Positions 29,432-41,168 of a stretch of DNA of 64,000 nt are shown piece by piece (within the stretch, counting starts at the first letter, position 1; every line of letters begins with the position of its first letter). Location: contig CAWCJN010000004.1 in NCBI GenBank assembly GCA_963795945.1, positions 117,680 to 181,679 of the forward strand, in the 5' to 3' direction. The translations under genes and the position numbers were made by a program. This DNA is from an uncultured Pseudomonadota bacterium (GTDB taxonomy: Bacteria > Desulfobacterota > Binatia > Binatales > Binataceae). The notes beneath the pieces are model-generated. The model saw nothing but the letters and a program-made list of their open reading frames with translations. It did not search any database and was not told the origin of the DNA.

Positions 29432-30413
29432 TCATTGTGGGGAGGCTCGCCTCGGCTGCTCCCGAGGGAACCCTGACCGGATAGGTCTCATCGCCTGGGG
29501 GGCGCAATGCCGAACCAGCGCCGGATTCAGATAAAGCAAGGTCTCGAGCGACATGTGCTCGTGAGCGGCGCCGGTCTTGAGTGGCGTGCCGCCTTTGACC
29601 GGGAGTATTCGATAAATCGGAGTCGGACCATTGGCCATTGCGAGTTGGCCGGCGGCGCTTCGTTGGCGCGCGATGAGCGCTACTGCCATAAAACGATTAA
29701 GTAGCGAACTGGTGCGGCGCGGCAATCGCGTGAGCAAATGATCATAAGGGGTGTCATGCAACGTTATGTAGCGATCAACGCCACCCTCGCCGTTATTCCA
29801 AGCAACCAGTGTCATCCGCCAGTCGGAGCCGACCTGATCGTGTAATTCTTCCAGGTAATCAGCCGCTGCGCGAGTGGACTTAATCGGATCGCGGCGCTCG
29901 TCCACCCATCGATTGATCAGCAGGCCGAATCGCGCGCGGTATCGCGGTTAAGCTGCCATGGTCCGGCGCCTCAAGGAGAAAAACCACTCTCAGCGAAAGT
30001 CAGATAGACCAAATCTGACGGCAAGCCATGATGCTGCAACAGCGAAGTCATCTCGGTCATATATGGCTTGATCCGCTTAAACGACCGCTCGAGGCCGACC
30101 GGCTGGTTCAGATAGCTGTCCACGTACTGCTGCACTGCTTGATTAAGTTCGAGCGGAAATGGCGGAACCGTCTCGGGACTGTTGCGGAAAACGGCAACAT
30201 CTGCGCGGAATCTGAGAAGCTTGGCTGAGCGGGAGCGACGACCTCTGCCTCGCCCGAGCGGAGCAGGTTTGCTGCGCTCGCATCAATGACGATCGGGCCA
30301 CTAGTCGAAAGCTGGTTTGACGCGTTGTTTGAGGAGTCAATTGCGGAAGAGCATGCGGCGAGCGGCAACGCGAGCGCTGCGGCATAGATTAGCCTTAAGA
30401 CCTTCCCCTGCAT
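29432..30413 (-). pseudogene. SLT-domain lytic transglycosylase lipoprotein, fragmented across three frames
   Basis: 30413-30108 encodes the lipoprotein signal (LAACSS). 30105-29950, read by eye in other frames, gives ...LPSDLVYLTFAESGFSP... and ...GPWQLNRDTARDS..., both SLT hallmarks. 29905-29432 encodes the domain end (DPIKSTRAAADYLEEL...MTLVAWNNGEGGVDRY). Confidence 0.6.
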
Positions 30414-30597
30414 GGTGCCAGAATCCCCGAAGTCGGCTGCCTACCCTAACCTTCCGAATCACGCGGATCAATGCAGGAATCAGTAAAAAGTCTAATTTAA
30501 GAAATAAGTTAGTTTGATATTGCTAGGTCTAAGTTGGCCATCAGATGTCTAATTTCAGTCCAGCGCTGCGGTGTTGTGATAATCTGTCGCAAATTCG

Positions 30598-31725
30598 ATG
30601 AAGCTGTGGCGCGAAATATTCGAGAGCCTGCCGGACGCGGTACTGGTGCTCTCAGGGGCGCGAGAACCATTGGCCAGCAATGCTGCGGCTGAAAATTTGC
30701 TTCAGGCTTCGCCCTTAGAGCGTTCGCGAATCGAGCGTCTGTTCGCTCTCAATGAGTGGTTGGCGCGAATGGTGAGGACCTGTTTTGAAACCGGGCAGAA
30801 CCTCGACAGTCCGGAAGACGTTTTGATTCTCGAAAAGCGGCGAGTCAGCGTCGGAGCGGAGGTCTCGCCCATGGCTAGTCCGCGAGGCGAAATCAAGAGT
30901 GTAATCATCCTGCTGCATGACCTCTCGTATCAGCGGCGCATGGAACGGGCGATGGATTCCGAGCAGCAGGTTGCGAGACTATCTCCGGCGGGCTTAGCCC
31001 ACGAGGTCAAGAATCCGTTGACCGGAATAAAGGGCGCGACAGAATTGCTCGCTGCCCTGTTCACAGGGAACCCGCGAGCGCAGCAATACTGCGAGGTTAT
31101 CCTACATGGCGTCAATCGGATCACCGCACTAGTCGAGCAGGTCCTGTCGGCTTCGGGTCCCACCCGGCTGAAGCGCGCACCGGTCAACATCCATCAGATT
31201 CTGCATCAGGCACTACGGAGTGCCGGCTTGTTTGAACCTGCCCCTGAGGGATTGACGGTTGAGCAGCTTTTTGATCCAAGTCTGCCGGAGCTCAGCGGGG
31301 ACGCGGAGGCGCTCGAACGGGTCTTTTTGAACCTACTTCGCAACGCGGTTGATGCTATCAGGATGAGCCCGGACCAAGGTAAGCATACGATTCGCGTGCG
31401 GACCGCGATTGAGACGCAGTTCCGGGTCGCTTCGTGGGGGAAGAAGCGGCAGTTCATGCGAATCGAAATCAGCGACAGCGGAAAAGGCATGACTGCTGAC
31501 GAGATGAGCCAGCTTTTTGCACCATTTTTTACTACCAAGGCCGAGGGGACAGGACTCGGTCTCGTGTTGAGCCAGCGTACCGTCGCACTCCACGGCGGCA
31601 AGCTTTGGGCGGAACACGGCGGAATCGCGACGACTGATCCGGTCCACAGGCTAAGCGCGAGTGAGGCATCGACGGCACAACGCGGCATGACTTTCTGCGT
31701 AATCCTCCCGCTAGGGCTGGAGTGA
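30598..31725 (+). CDS. soluble sensor histidine kinase (NtrB-like; HisKA + HATPase_c, no receiver)
   Basis: Carries the H-box AHEVKNPLTGIKG, the N-box LLRNAVDAI, and G-boxes DSGKGM / GTGLGL. Confidence 0.8.
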   Translation: MKLWREIFESLPDAVLVLSGAREPLASNAAAENLLQASPLERSRIERLFALNEWLARMVRTCFETGQNLDSPEDVLILEKRRVSVGAEVSPMASPRGEIKSVIILLHDLSYQRRMERAMDSEQQVARLSPAGLAHEVKNPLTGIKGATELLAALFTGNPRAQQYCEVILHGVNRITALVEQVLSASGPTRLKRAPVNIHQILHQALRSAGLFEPAPEGLTVEQLFDPSLPELSGDAEALERVFLNLLRNAVDAIRMSPDQGKHTIRVRTAIETQFRVASWGKKRQFMRIEISDSGKGMTADEMSQLFAPFFTTKAEGTGLGLVLSQRTVALHGGKLWAEHGGIATTDPVHRLSASEASTAQRGMTFCVILPLGLE

Positions 31726-31893
31726 GGCATCGTTCGAACGCACTTAGCGGCCTCACGTCGCCTTCGACCGGCGCCTTGTCACATCCAATGTCACGTATTC
31801 GATACGCCTGCATGTAAAGAATTAATCGCTAGCGAATCATCGTATGAGGGATCGGCATGAGGATTGCCCTACTACCCCTAAACTACTGAGAGT

Positions 31894-34422
31894 GTGTCAT
31901 TTTCGATAATCCATATGATCAGCTGGGACAGCGAAGCATTCATAAAGGCGAGAAGCTATTTCGGTGCTTGGACGGCGCTCGATGCCCCCTCAAGGGATAG
32001 CGCCAGACCCGCCGAAGCAGACGCTTGGGCCACCAAGGTAATCCGGATTGGGATAGCTTGTACCCTGCCCTTTCAGCTCACGCATACGACGTTGATCTGG
32101 CTACGCTTCTCCAGCTTCACCCATTCGGTCATTCCCATTTTGATAGCCGATTTGGCGCTGACACTTCTGGTGCTCGGTTGGACGTGGGGGAACTCATTCA
32201 CCCAGAACTGGCGCGAGGCACTATTCGCCTGGGCGTGCGCCCTCGTGCTCAGCGCATGCTCGGTAAGCCTGATAACCAACCAGACTACGGCGCTATACGT
32301 TGCACTAGTAATGATGCTCTTCGGGACGGCGGCGTTTGCGCCCTGGGATGCGCGATGGCAATCGGGGTTCATCGTAATAACTCTGGTAGGCGCGGTCGGA
32401 GCAGGTCTCATGGACCGCCGGCTGGACCCATTCGAGCCGTATCGGCTGATGGAGCTCGCGACGGCCGCAGGGATCTCGTTGTTTATCGCGACTTTGACCG
32501 AGCATTACCGGCAAGCTACTGCTGCGCGGTTTCAAGAATTAGAGGCGAATGAAGAAAAGCTTTGGCGAATTCTCGATGCCAATCCTGACGCTATGTCGGT
32601 TGCGCGACTCTCTGACGCTAAATATCTGAGCGTCAGCGCCGAGTTTTTGCGCAGCGGATACAGCCGGGGAGAGTTGCTCGGCGCTTCCGATGAAGAACTG
32701 AAGATCTGGGTAGATGATCAACGCCGTCGCGAGTATTGGGGCATAATCCGGACGCGCGGCCACGTGCGCAATCTAGAAGCTGATTTTCGGCTAAAGACGG
32801 GCCTCGTCGTGCATTGCCAAATTTCGGGTGTCGTAGTTGATCTAGGTCGCGGTCCCTGCGTTATCTCGGTTCTGCGCAATGTCGAAAAGTTAAAAGCCGC
32901 GGAGCGAGCAATTATCGCTGCTCGTGAAGCAGCCGAGGCGGCCTCTCAGTCAAAAAGCGAATTTCTCTCGAATATGTCCCATGAGATTCGCACCCCGATG
33001 AACGCCATTCTTGGAATGGCTGAGGTGCTGGCAGACAGTCCGCTTACGGTCGAGCAGCGCAAATACCTCAATGTCATGATGAACAACGGGACGGCGCTGC
33101 TGGACCTGATCAATGACATCCTGGATTTCGCCCGGGTTGAAAGCGGACGGATGAAGCTCAAAAGCACCAATTTTGAAATCGGCGAGCTAGCCGAGCGGGT
33201 CGCCGAGACCTTTGCCATCCGAGCTCATCAAAAGCAACTCGAACTGATCGTCGAGATCAACGCGGCGACTCCGCCGTGGTTGATCGGAGATCCGCTCCGA
33301 TTACGCCAAATTCTCGTTAATCTTGTGGGCAATGCGATCAAATTTACCGATAAAGGTGAGATAAAGATCGAAATTCGCCCGCAAGACGAGAACGGAAACC
33401 TGCATTTCGTAGTAAGTGATACAGGTATCGGAATACCTCCAGAGCAGCGCGATCGAATTTTCGCAAGCTACACTCAGGCCGACTCTTCGACCGCGCGGAA
33501 GTACGGCGGAACCGGCCTCGGACTCGCTATTGTAAAGCAACTTACTGAATTGATGGGTGGCCGTATCTGGGTCGAGGGCGCGCCGGATTGCGGCAGCGCC
33601 TTCCATTTCACCGCGCAATTTGAGCTCCCGGCAGAAAACAGCGCCATCGTCACGACCCAGTTCGCAGAACTGGAAGGCCTCAAAGTTTTGGTAGTGGATG
33701 ATAACGAAACAGTTTTGAGGGTCATCGCGGATATTCTGATCCGGCACGGAGTGACGGTTGAAGGCGCGACTGATTGCGACAGCGCCATCGGCCGTATTCG
33801 CCGTGGCGAATACTACGATACAATTCTGATTGACAGCCGGATGTCGGGAATCAATAGCTATGAGACTATTCAGCGCTTAAGCGCGGCAGGCTCGGACGTG
33901 ACAAGAATGATTCCGATGCTGAATGCGAACGATCTCAATGTATGGTTACCGCGGCTGAAGATACTCGGCATGGGGCGCCATCTGATTAAGCCGATCCGGC
34001 GCACAGAGCTTTGCAACGCGATCGAAATCGCAGCTAAGGGATCGCCGATGGAAAAAAGTGAAAGCACCGGAATACGGGTTCCGGCAAAGACTTCAGGTAA
34101 TTCAGTTCAACCGCCCAACCGCGACGAGGACACCGCGCCGGGCGAACGTTCGCTGCGGGTACTGGTCGCGGATGATTCGAGCGACAATCGATTGCTGATT
34201 GATCTATTTTTGAAAAAGGCCGGTTACAGCTTGGACGAAGCTGAGAATGGAAAGATAGCGGTCAAAAAGTTTACGCAAAGCCGCTACGACGTCGTCCTGA
34301 TGGACATCCAGATGCCGGTGATGGATGGTTACGCAGCGGCACGGGAAATCCGAGAGTGGGAAAGTCAGCAGGGATTGCCTCGCACGCCGATTATTGCGTT
34401 AATCGCGTCGGTACTGGACTAA
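31894..34422 (+). CDS. membrane hybrid sensor histidine kinase with two receiver domains, ending at an in-frame TAA inside the second receiver
   Basis: N-terminal multi-TM sensor, PAS-like region, H-box SHEIRTPMNAILG, HATPase (DTGIGIP...GGTGLGLAIV), and two receiver domains. TAA at 34420-34422 (...ALIASVLD*) is followed in frame by AVGRSFAAGCDTHVSKPVRRNTL... (34426-34656). That segment is the normal alpha4-beta5-alpha5 receiver tail (A-G-x-D-x-[YH]-[VL]-x-K-P). Confidence 0.8.
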   Translation: MSFSIIHMISWDSEAFIKARSYFGAWTALDAPSRDSARPAEADAWATKVIRIGIACTLPFQLTHTTLIWLRFSSFTHSVIPILIADLALTLLVLGWTWGNSFTQNWREALFAWACALVLSACSVSLITNQTTALYVALVMMLFGTAAFAPWDARWQSGFIVITLVGAVGAGLMDRRLDPFEPYRLMELATAAGISLFIATLTEHYRQATAARFQELEANEEKLWRILDANPDAMSVARLSDAKYLSVSAEFLRSGYSRGELLGASDEELKIWVDDQRRREYWGIIRTRGHVRNLEADFRLKTGLVVHCQISGVVVDLGRGPCVISVLRNVEKLKAAERAIIAAREAAEAASQSKSEFLSNMSHEIRTPMNAILGMAEVLADSPLTVEQRKYLNVMMNNGTALLDLINDILDFARVESGRMKLKSTNFEIGELAERVAETFAIRAHQKQLELIVEINAATPPWLIGDPLRLRQILVNLVGNAIKFTDKGEIKIEIRPQDENGNLHFVVSDTGIGIPPEQRDRIFASYTQADSSTARKYGGTGLGLAIVKQLTELMGGRIWVEGAPDCGSAFHFTAQFELPAENSAIVTTQFAELEGLKVLVVDDNETVLRVIADILIRHGVTVEGATDCDSAIGRIRRGEYYDTILIDSRMSGINSYETIQRLSAAGSDVTRMIPMLNANDLNVWLPRLKILGMGRHLIKPIRRTELCNAIEIAAKGSPMEKSESTGIRVPAKTSGNSVQPPNRDEDTAPGERSLRVLVADDSSDNRLLIDLFLKKAGYSLDEAENGKIAVKKFTQSRYDVVLMDIQMPVMDGYAAAREIREWESQQGLPRTPIIALIASVLD

Positions 34423-34911
34423 GCGGTGGGCAGAAGCTTCGCGGCCGGTTGCGATACGCACGTGAGTAAACCGGTTCGCCGCAACACCCTGATAACTTCA
34501 ATTAATGAGGTGGTCGCCGCGAAATCGACCGCGGCGCAAAGCGCCGAAACGGCGGCTCCCGAGCCGGCGCGCCGACGTAACAAGCGGCTCTCAATACCCG
34601 ATGTGGCGACCATCGCAAAGACCACTCGCGGTCCCAACAATGTTATCCCGCGTTAGCCGGTCACCTTTCCGTACTCTCGAACCGCTCTGCTTCACAAGGG
34701 GGCGATAGTGGCGGTGATTGCAGCCCTGCAACTCGGTTAAACTCGGCTTGACCTCACGGGCCGTTGAAGACAAAAATCCAGACAAGATTCGGCTCAATTG
34801 AAGTTGTCGCGAGGCATTACGAGTTATCGGCCAGTCGCGACAGAAAATATCGACGGCAACTAACGACTTTTGGGTAAAGACCCCAGACTAGCGATTAGCA
34901 GAGAGCATTAA

Positions 34912-36159
34912 ATGAATCAGGAACGAGTAACAGTTGACGAGAAGAATCGCTGGCGTACCGAAACGCCGGGCCATCAAGGATGGAGTCGGACCGCGCAGCC
35001 AAATGATCCAGATCGTTATTTGATGATCTCGGCGGACTGCCATTGCAATGAGCCGGGGAATCTCTGGTGGACGCGCATCGACAAGAAGTTTCAGCCTCGA
35101 TTGCCGCATGTCGAAGTCGATGCGAACGGCGAGAAGTGGATGGTAGTCGAGGGCTATCAGAAGTCGCGTATCCGCGCACGCAATATTCAGGACGCACCGA
35201 AAGGCGGCGAAGATCGACTGCGCGGCGACGCGGGCCGCGATCCGCTCGAGCGGATCAAGGATCATATTCGCGATGGGATCGATGCGGAAATCCTATTTCC
35301 CAATAAAGGTCTGTCGATGTGGGCGACCCAGGACGTGGAGTTCGGCGCGGCGCAGTGCCGGGTCTGGAACGATTGGGCATGGGAAACCTTTGGCCCTTAC
35401 TACGATTTCATGTCGCCATTGGCCGCGATTATGACCGCCGACGTGGACGTCGCGATCGCGGAAATCAAACGGACGGCGAAGCTTGGATTCCGTGGCGTGA
35501 CTTTGCCGTCAAAACCGATTTGGGGTGCGCACGATGCGCGTCATCCGAATTATAATCTGCCGATTTACGATCCGATGTGGGCGGTCATCCAGGATTGCGA
35601 TATTCCGCTTACCTTTCATATCTCGACTGGCATGGACCCGCGCACCGCGCGCAAGGATGGCGGCGCGGTGATCAACTATGTCAGCCACGCCTGTACGACC
35701 GTGATCGAGCCGATGTCGTGCCTGTGCGCGTCGGGAGTGTTCGAGCGTTTTCCGAAGTTACGTTTCGCGTTAATCGAGTGCGGTATCGGATGGGTGCCGT
35801 GGGCGCTCGACGCGATGGACGAGGCTTATCGCAAGCATCATCTATGGGCCTATCCTAAGCTCAAGCAAATGCCGAGCGAGTACTTCCGGCAACACGGGGC
35901 AGCATCGTTTCAGGAGGATACGGCGGGCCTGAAACTAGCCGAGCCGTTCAATCTGGTCGATAACTTCTTATGGGCGAATGATTATCCGCACGCGGAGGGG
36001 ACGTGGCCGCATTCGGCCGAGGCAATCGAGCGCCAGATGCAGCATCTTAGCGACGTCAATCGCGCGAAAATCCTCGGTCTGAACAGCGCAAAAATGTTCA
36101 ACTTCGATGTCGAGAAGCTGCTCGCGCGACGTGCACAGCCACACGCGGTCGTTCATTAG
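34912..36159 (+). CDS. amidohydrolase-2 family metal-dependent hydrolase (paralog 1)
   Basis: Carries the amidohydrolase_2 pattern, including D-C-H near the N-terminus (ISADCHCNEPG) and the C-terminal WANDYPHAEGTWP motif. Confidence 0.8.
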   Translation: MNQERVTVDEKNRWRTETPGHQGWSRTAQPNDPDRYLMISADCHCNEPGNLWWTRIDKKFQPRLPHVEVDANGEKWMVVEGYQKSRIRARNIQDAPKGGEDRLRGDAGRDPLERIKDHIRDGIDAEILFPNKGLSMWATQDVEFGAAQCRVWNDWAWETFGPYYDFMSPLAAIMTADVDVAIAEIKRTAKLGFRGVTLPSKPIWGAHDARHPNYNLPIYDPMWAVIQDCDIPLTFHISTGMDPRTARKDGGAVINYVSHACTTVIEPMSCLCASGVFERFPKLRFALIECGIGWVPWALDAMDEAYRKHHLWAYPKLKQMPSEYFRQHGAASFQEDTAGLKLAEPFNLVDNFLWANDYPHAEGTWPHSAEAIERQMQHLSDVNRAKILGLNSAKMFNFDVEKLLARRAQPHAVVH

Positions 36160-36186
36160 GCCTGGTGCTTTGACATTGGATTCTCG

Positions 36187-37089
36187 TCAAAGAGCGCCGG
36201 TGGCTTTCGAGGATGGATAGCGCAGCGTTTCGATTAGTACGATGAAGGCAGGCATTATTTGGCGGCGGCTCGGGTAATAGAGATGGTAGCCGGGAAAGGA
36301 TGGGCACCAGTCAGCAAGTACCCTGATCAACTTTCCCTCAGTGATCCTGGCCTGCACCAAATCCTCGGGCAGGTACGCCAGACCGAGCCCGGTCAGCGCA
36401 GCGTTTAGCATCATTCTAGTGGCGTTGAATACAAGCTGTCCGTCGACGCGAACCTTGAGCTCACGCCTGCCTTTCTGGAACTCCCACGTATAGAGGCTGC
36501 CGAGGGTTGGAAGCCGCAAATTGATGCAGTCGTGAGCGGTCAGGTCCTGCGGCGTCTTCGGCCGAGGCCGCCTTGCGAAGTAGGAAGGCGCACCGACGAC
36601 CGCCATGCGCGCGTCCGGGCCGAGACGCACCGCGATCATGTCCTTCGCGACTTGCTCGCCAAGACGTACGCCCGCGTCATAGCGCTCGGCGACGATGTCA
36701 GTCAGGCCCTGTTCGATGATGATCTCAACCTTAATATCGGGATATTCCGGCAGCACTTTCGCGAGCTTTGGCCACAGGATCGTATAGGCTGCATGCTCGG
36801 TGGTCGTGATCCGGATTGTGCCGGCGGGCTTTTCCCGGAGTTCACTTAAGGCCGCTAGTTCGGCCTCGATTTCCTCAAACCGCGGACCTATGGTCTGAAG
36901 CAGGCGTTCGCCCGCCTCGGTTGGAGATACGCTGCGCGTCGTGCGCATGAGCAGTCGAAGTCCGAGCCGCTCCTCAAGTCCCCGAATGGTGTGACTCAGC
37001 GCCGATTGAGACACCCCGAGCTTTGCAGCCGCTCTGGTGGAAGCTCCACTCGTGCGCCACCGCGAGGAAGGCAAGTAGGTCATTGACAT
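36187..37089 (-). CDS. LysR-family transcriptional regulator
   Basis: N-terminal wHTH (LGVSQSALSHTIRGLEERLGLRLLMRTTRSVSPTEAGERL) and a C-terminal substrate-binding domain. It is divergent from a cupin gene. Confidence 0.85.
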   Translation of the reverse strand: MSMTYLPSSRWRTSGASTRAAAKLGVSQSALSHTIRGLEERLGLRLLMRTTRSVSPTEAGERLLQTIGPRFEEIEAELAALSELREKPAGTIRITTTEHAAYTILWPKLAKVLPEYPDIKVEIIIEQGLTDIVAERYDAGVRLGEQVAKDMIAVRLGPDARMAVVGAPSYFARRPRPKTPQDLTAHDCINLRLPTLGSLYTWEFQKGRRELKVRVDGQLVFNATRMMLNAALTGLGLAYLPEDLVQARITEGKLIRVLADWCPSFPGYHLYYPSRRQIMPAFIVLIETLRYPSSKATGAL

Positions 37090-37103
37090 TTTGGCGCGGC
37101 ATT

Positions 37104-37120
37104 TATGAATCTACTTCATA
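37104..37120. promoter_or_regulatory. candidate LysR-type binding dyad in the lysR-cupin divergent intergenic region
   Basis: TATGAATCTACTTCATA is a perfect 6-bp inverted repeat (ATGAAT-N3-ATTCAT-like, T-N11-A architecture). It lies about 15 nt upstream of the lysR start codon (lysR is on the minus strand, start at 37089) and about 107 nt upstream of the cupin start. Confidence 0.35.
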
Positions 37121-37226
37121 GGTTCATACGAATTCTATCACCTAGTCGCGGACTGTCACGCGTTCTAGATTGACGATCTAAGGCGTCCGGCGAGACCGCC
37201 GGATCAATTAGAAAAAGGGAGCGACG

Positions 37227-37637
37227 ATGGAAATTAAGCGAAGCGGTTTACGGCCCTCCCGCAAGGGGCCAGCCGAAAATTTCACTGGCACGGTACGGAT
37301 TGATCCTATGTTCGATCCGCCCGATCCCGCCCGTGCTTATGGCGCATTGGTGACGTTCGAACCCGGTGCACGCACGGCATGGCATACCCATCCGCTCGGG
37401 CAGACGCTGATCGTCACCTCTGGATGCGGTTGGACGCAGTGTTGGGGCGAACCCAAAGAGGAAATCCGGCCCGGCGACGTAATCTGGTGTCCTCCCGGAA
37501 AGAAGCATTGGCACGGCGCAACGGCAACCACCGCGATGTCGCATATCGCCATTGTGGAAAAGCTCAATGGCAAGGCGGTGGACTGGATGGAGAAGGTTAG
37601 CGACGAACAGTACCAGGCTGCATTAAGCGCCGAATAA
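37227..37637 (+). CDS. cupin-domain protein
   Basis: 136 aa. The motif [19 protein letters not shown]...PPGKKHWHG is a cupin two-His/His metal motif. Confidence 0.7.
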   Translation: MEIKRSGLRPSRKGPAENFTGTVRIDPMFDPPDPARAYGALVTFEPGARTAWHTHPLGQTLIVTSGCGWTQCWGEPKEEIRPGDVIWCPPGKKHWHGATATTAMSHIAIVEKLNGKAVDWMEKVSDEQYQAALSAE

Positions 37638-37675
37638 AAGCGAAATCCTTTTAGATGGGTGGCCTCGGAGGATAA

Positions 37676-39850
<2,175 letters not shown>

Positions 39851-40117
39851 CGCATTGATAAGCTATGCGGGCCAATCAGCAGTGCATCAGCGCATACTAG
39901 ATCAGGTCCAGGCGTGGACCGCGGGATTCCTCGCCTCATCCTGTAGAATGCGCGGAAATCCTGACCCACTTCTCGTTTGCTTAGTATCTTACAGTAACTG
40001 GTTTTCGCTTCGCGCGAATGGAAGGCGACTCCGAAGATTCGTCGTGCTTCGGCGAGATTGCCGATAGTCGCAAATGAGGATAGGAATCAGGGAAAGGGCA
40101 TACCGGAGGACTTCAGC

Positions 40118-41122
40118 GTGGAATATCGGGCATTCGGGAAAACGGGCATCCAGATTTCGGCAATCGGCTTCGGCTGTTGGGAGATCGGCGGCGGTTACGG
40201 CAGTATCGAGGAAACCGACTTTATCAAGGCGATCAATCGTGCACTCGAAGTGGGAATCAACAGTTTTGATACCGCCGAGGCTTACGGTTTCGGCGCGTCG
40301 GAAAAGTCGCTCGCCAAAGCGCTCGGCTCGCGGCGCAAAGAAGCGATTATCACGACCAAGTTCGGCGTGGGCTATCCGGAGGCAAAGGACAAGAACTTCC
40401 GCGCCAGCAGCCGCAAGCGCGTGATGGAATCGATCGACAAGAGCCTCAAGGCGCTCGAAACCGATTACGTCGATGTGTACCTGATTCACTGGCCCGATCG
40501 CTCGATTCCCTTCGAGGAGCCGATGCGTGCGCTCGACGATCTGGTGAAACAGGGCAAAGTGCGAGCAGTCGGACTCTCGAACTTTAAGCTCGAAGAGATC
40601 AAAGCCTGCGCGAGCGTCCGCCCGATCGACATCGTCCAATACTGTTGGAATATGTTCGACCGGCGCATGGCCAAGGAAATTTTCCCGTATTGCCGCGAAA
40701 ACAATATCGGCGTGATGGCGTATGGCTCACTGGCCTATGGGATGCTCACCGGCACATTCAGCGAGGAGATGGACTTCGGCAAGAATGACTGGCGCTCGAA
40801 ACGGGGCCAGCTGATGAATATTAACTTGTTCCAGCATCTGTTTGATTCAGAGCACTTCTTGAAGAATCTGCGCGCAGTGGAAGAACTGAAGGCGATGGCC
40901 AAGCGATATAATAAAACGCTGCCGCAGCTCGCGCTACGCTGGACGACCTCGAATCCGATCGTGAGTACGGCGCTGGTCGGCTGCCGGAATCCGAAGGAAG
41001 TGGACGACAATATCGGCGCGCTGGGGTGGTCCATTTCGGAGGCCGACATGAAAGAGATCGACGCGATTTTCGCGCGGCATGGAGCGGTCACAATGCCAGA
41101 AGTGTGGCTGGAGACGCTCTGA
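40118..41122 (+). CDS. aldo/keto reductase (paralog 3, different subfamily)
   Basis: Carries [25 protein letters not shown], and IHWPD. The GTG start is preferred, 7 nt after GGAGGA. Confidence 0.8.
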   Translation: MEYRAFGKTGIQISAIGFGCWEIGGGYGSIEETDFIKAINRALEVGINSFDTAEAYGFGASEKSLAKALGSRRKEAIITTKFGVGYPEAKDKNFRASSRKRVMESIDKSLKALETDYVDVYLIHWPDRSIPFEEPMRALDDLVKQGKVRAVGLSNFKLEEIKACASVRPIDIVQYCWNMFDRRMAKEIFPYCRENNIGVMAYGSLAYGMLTGTFSEEMDFGKNDWRSKRGQLMNINLFQHLFDSEHFLKNLRAVEELKAMAKRYNKTLPQLALRWTTSNPIVSTALVGCRNPKEVDDNIGALGWSISEADMKEIDAIFARHGAVTMPEVWLETL

Positions 41123-41168
41123 AGAAACCGTTAGTCTGGTTCTGTCAGCCAAGTTCAGGAGGCCCGTA

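Noticed and set aside
31206-31813. Antisense ORFs within and after the soluble histidine kinase
   Set aside because: They overlap a kinase gene that is well supported by motifs. No features of their own.
18122-34422. TAA reassigned as a sense codon
   Set aside because: There are only two in-frame TAA cases. TAA otherwise terminates many well-aligned genes in this window.
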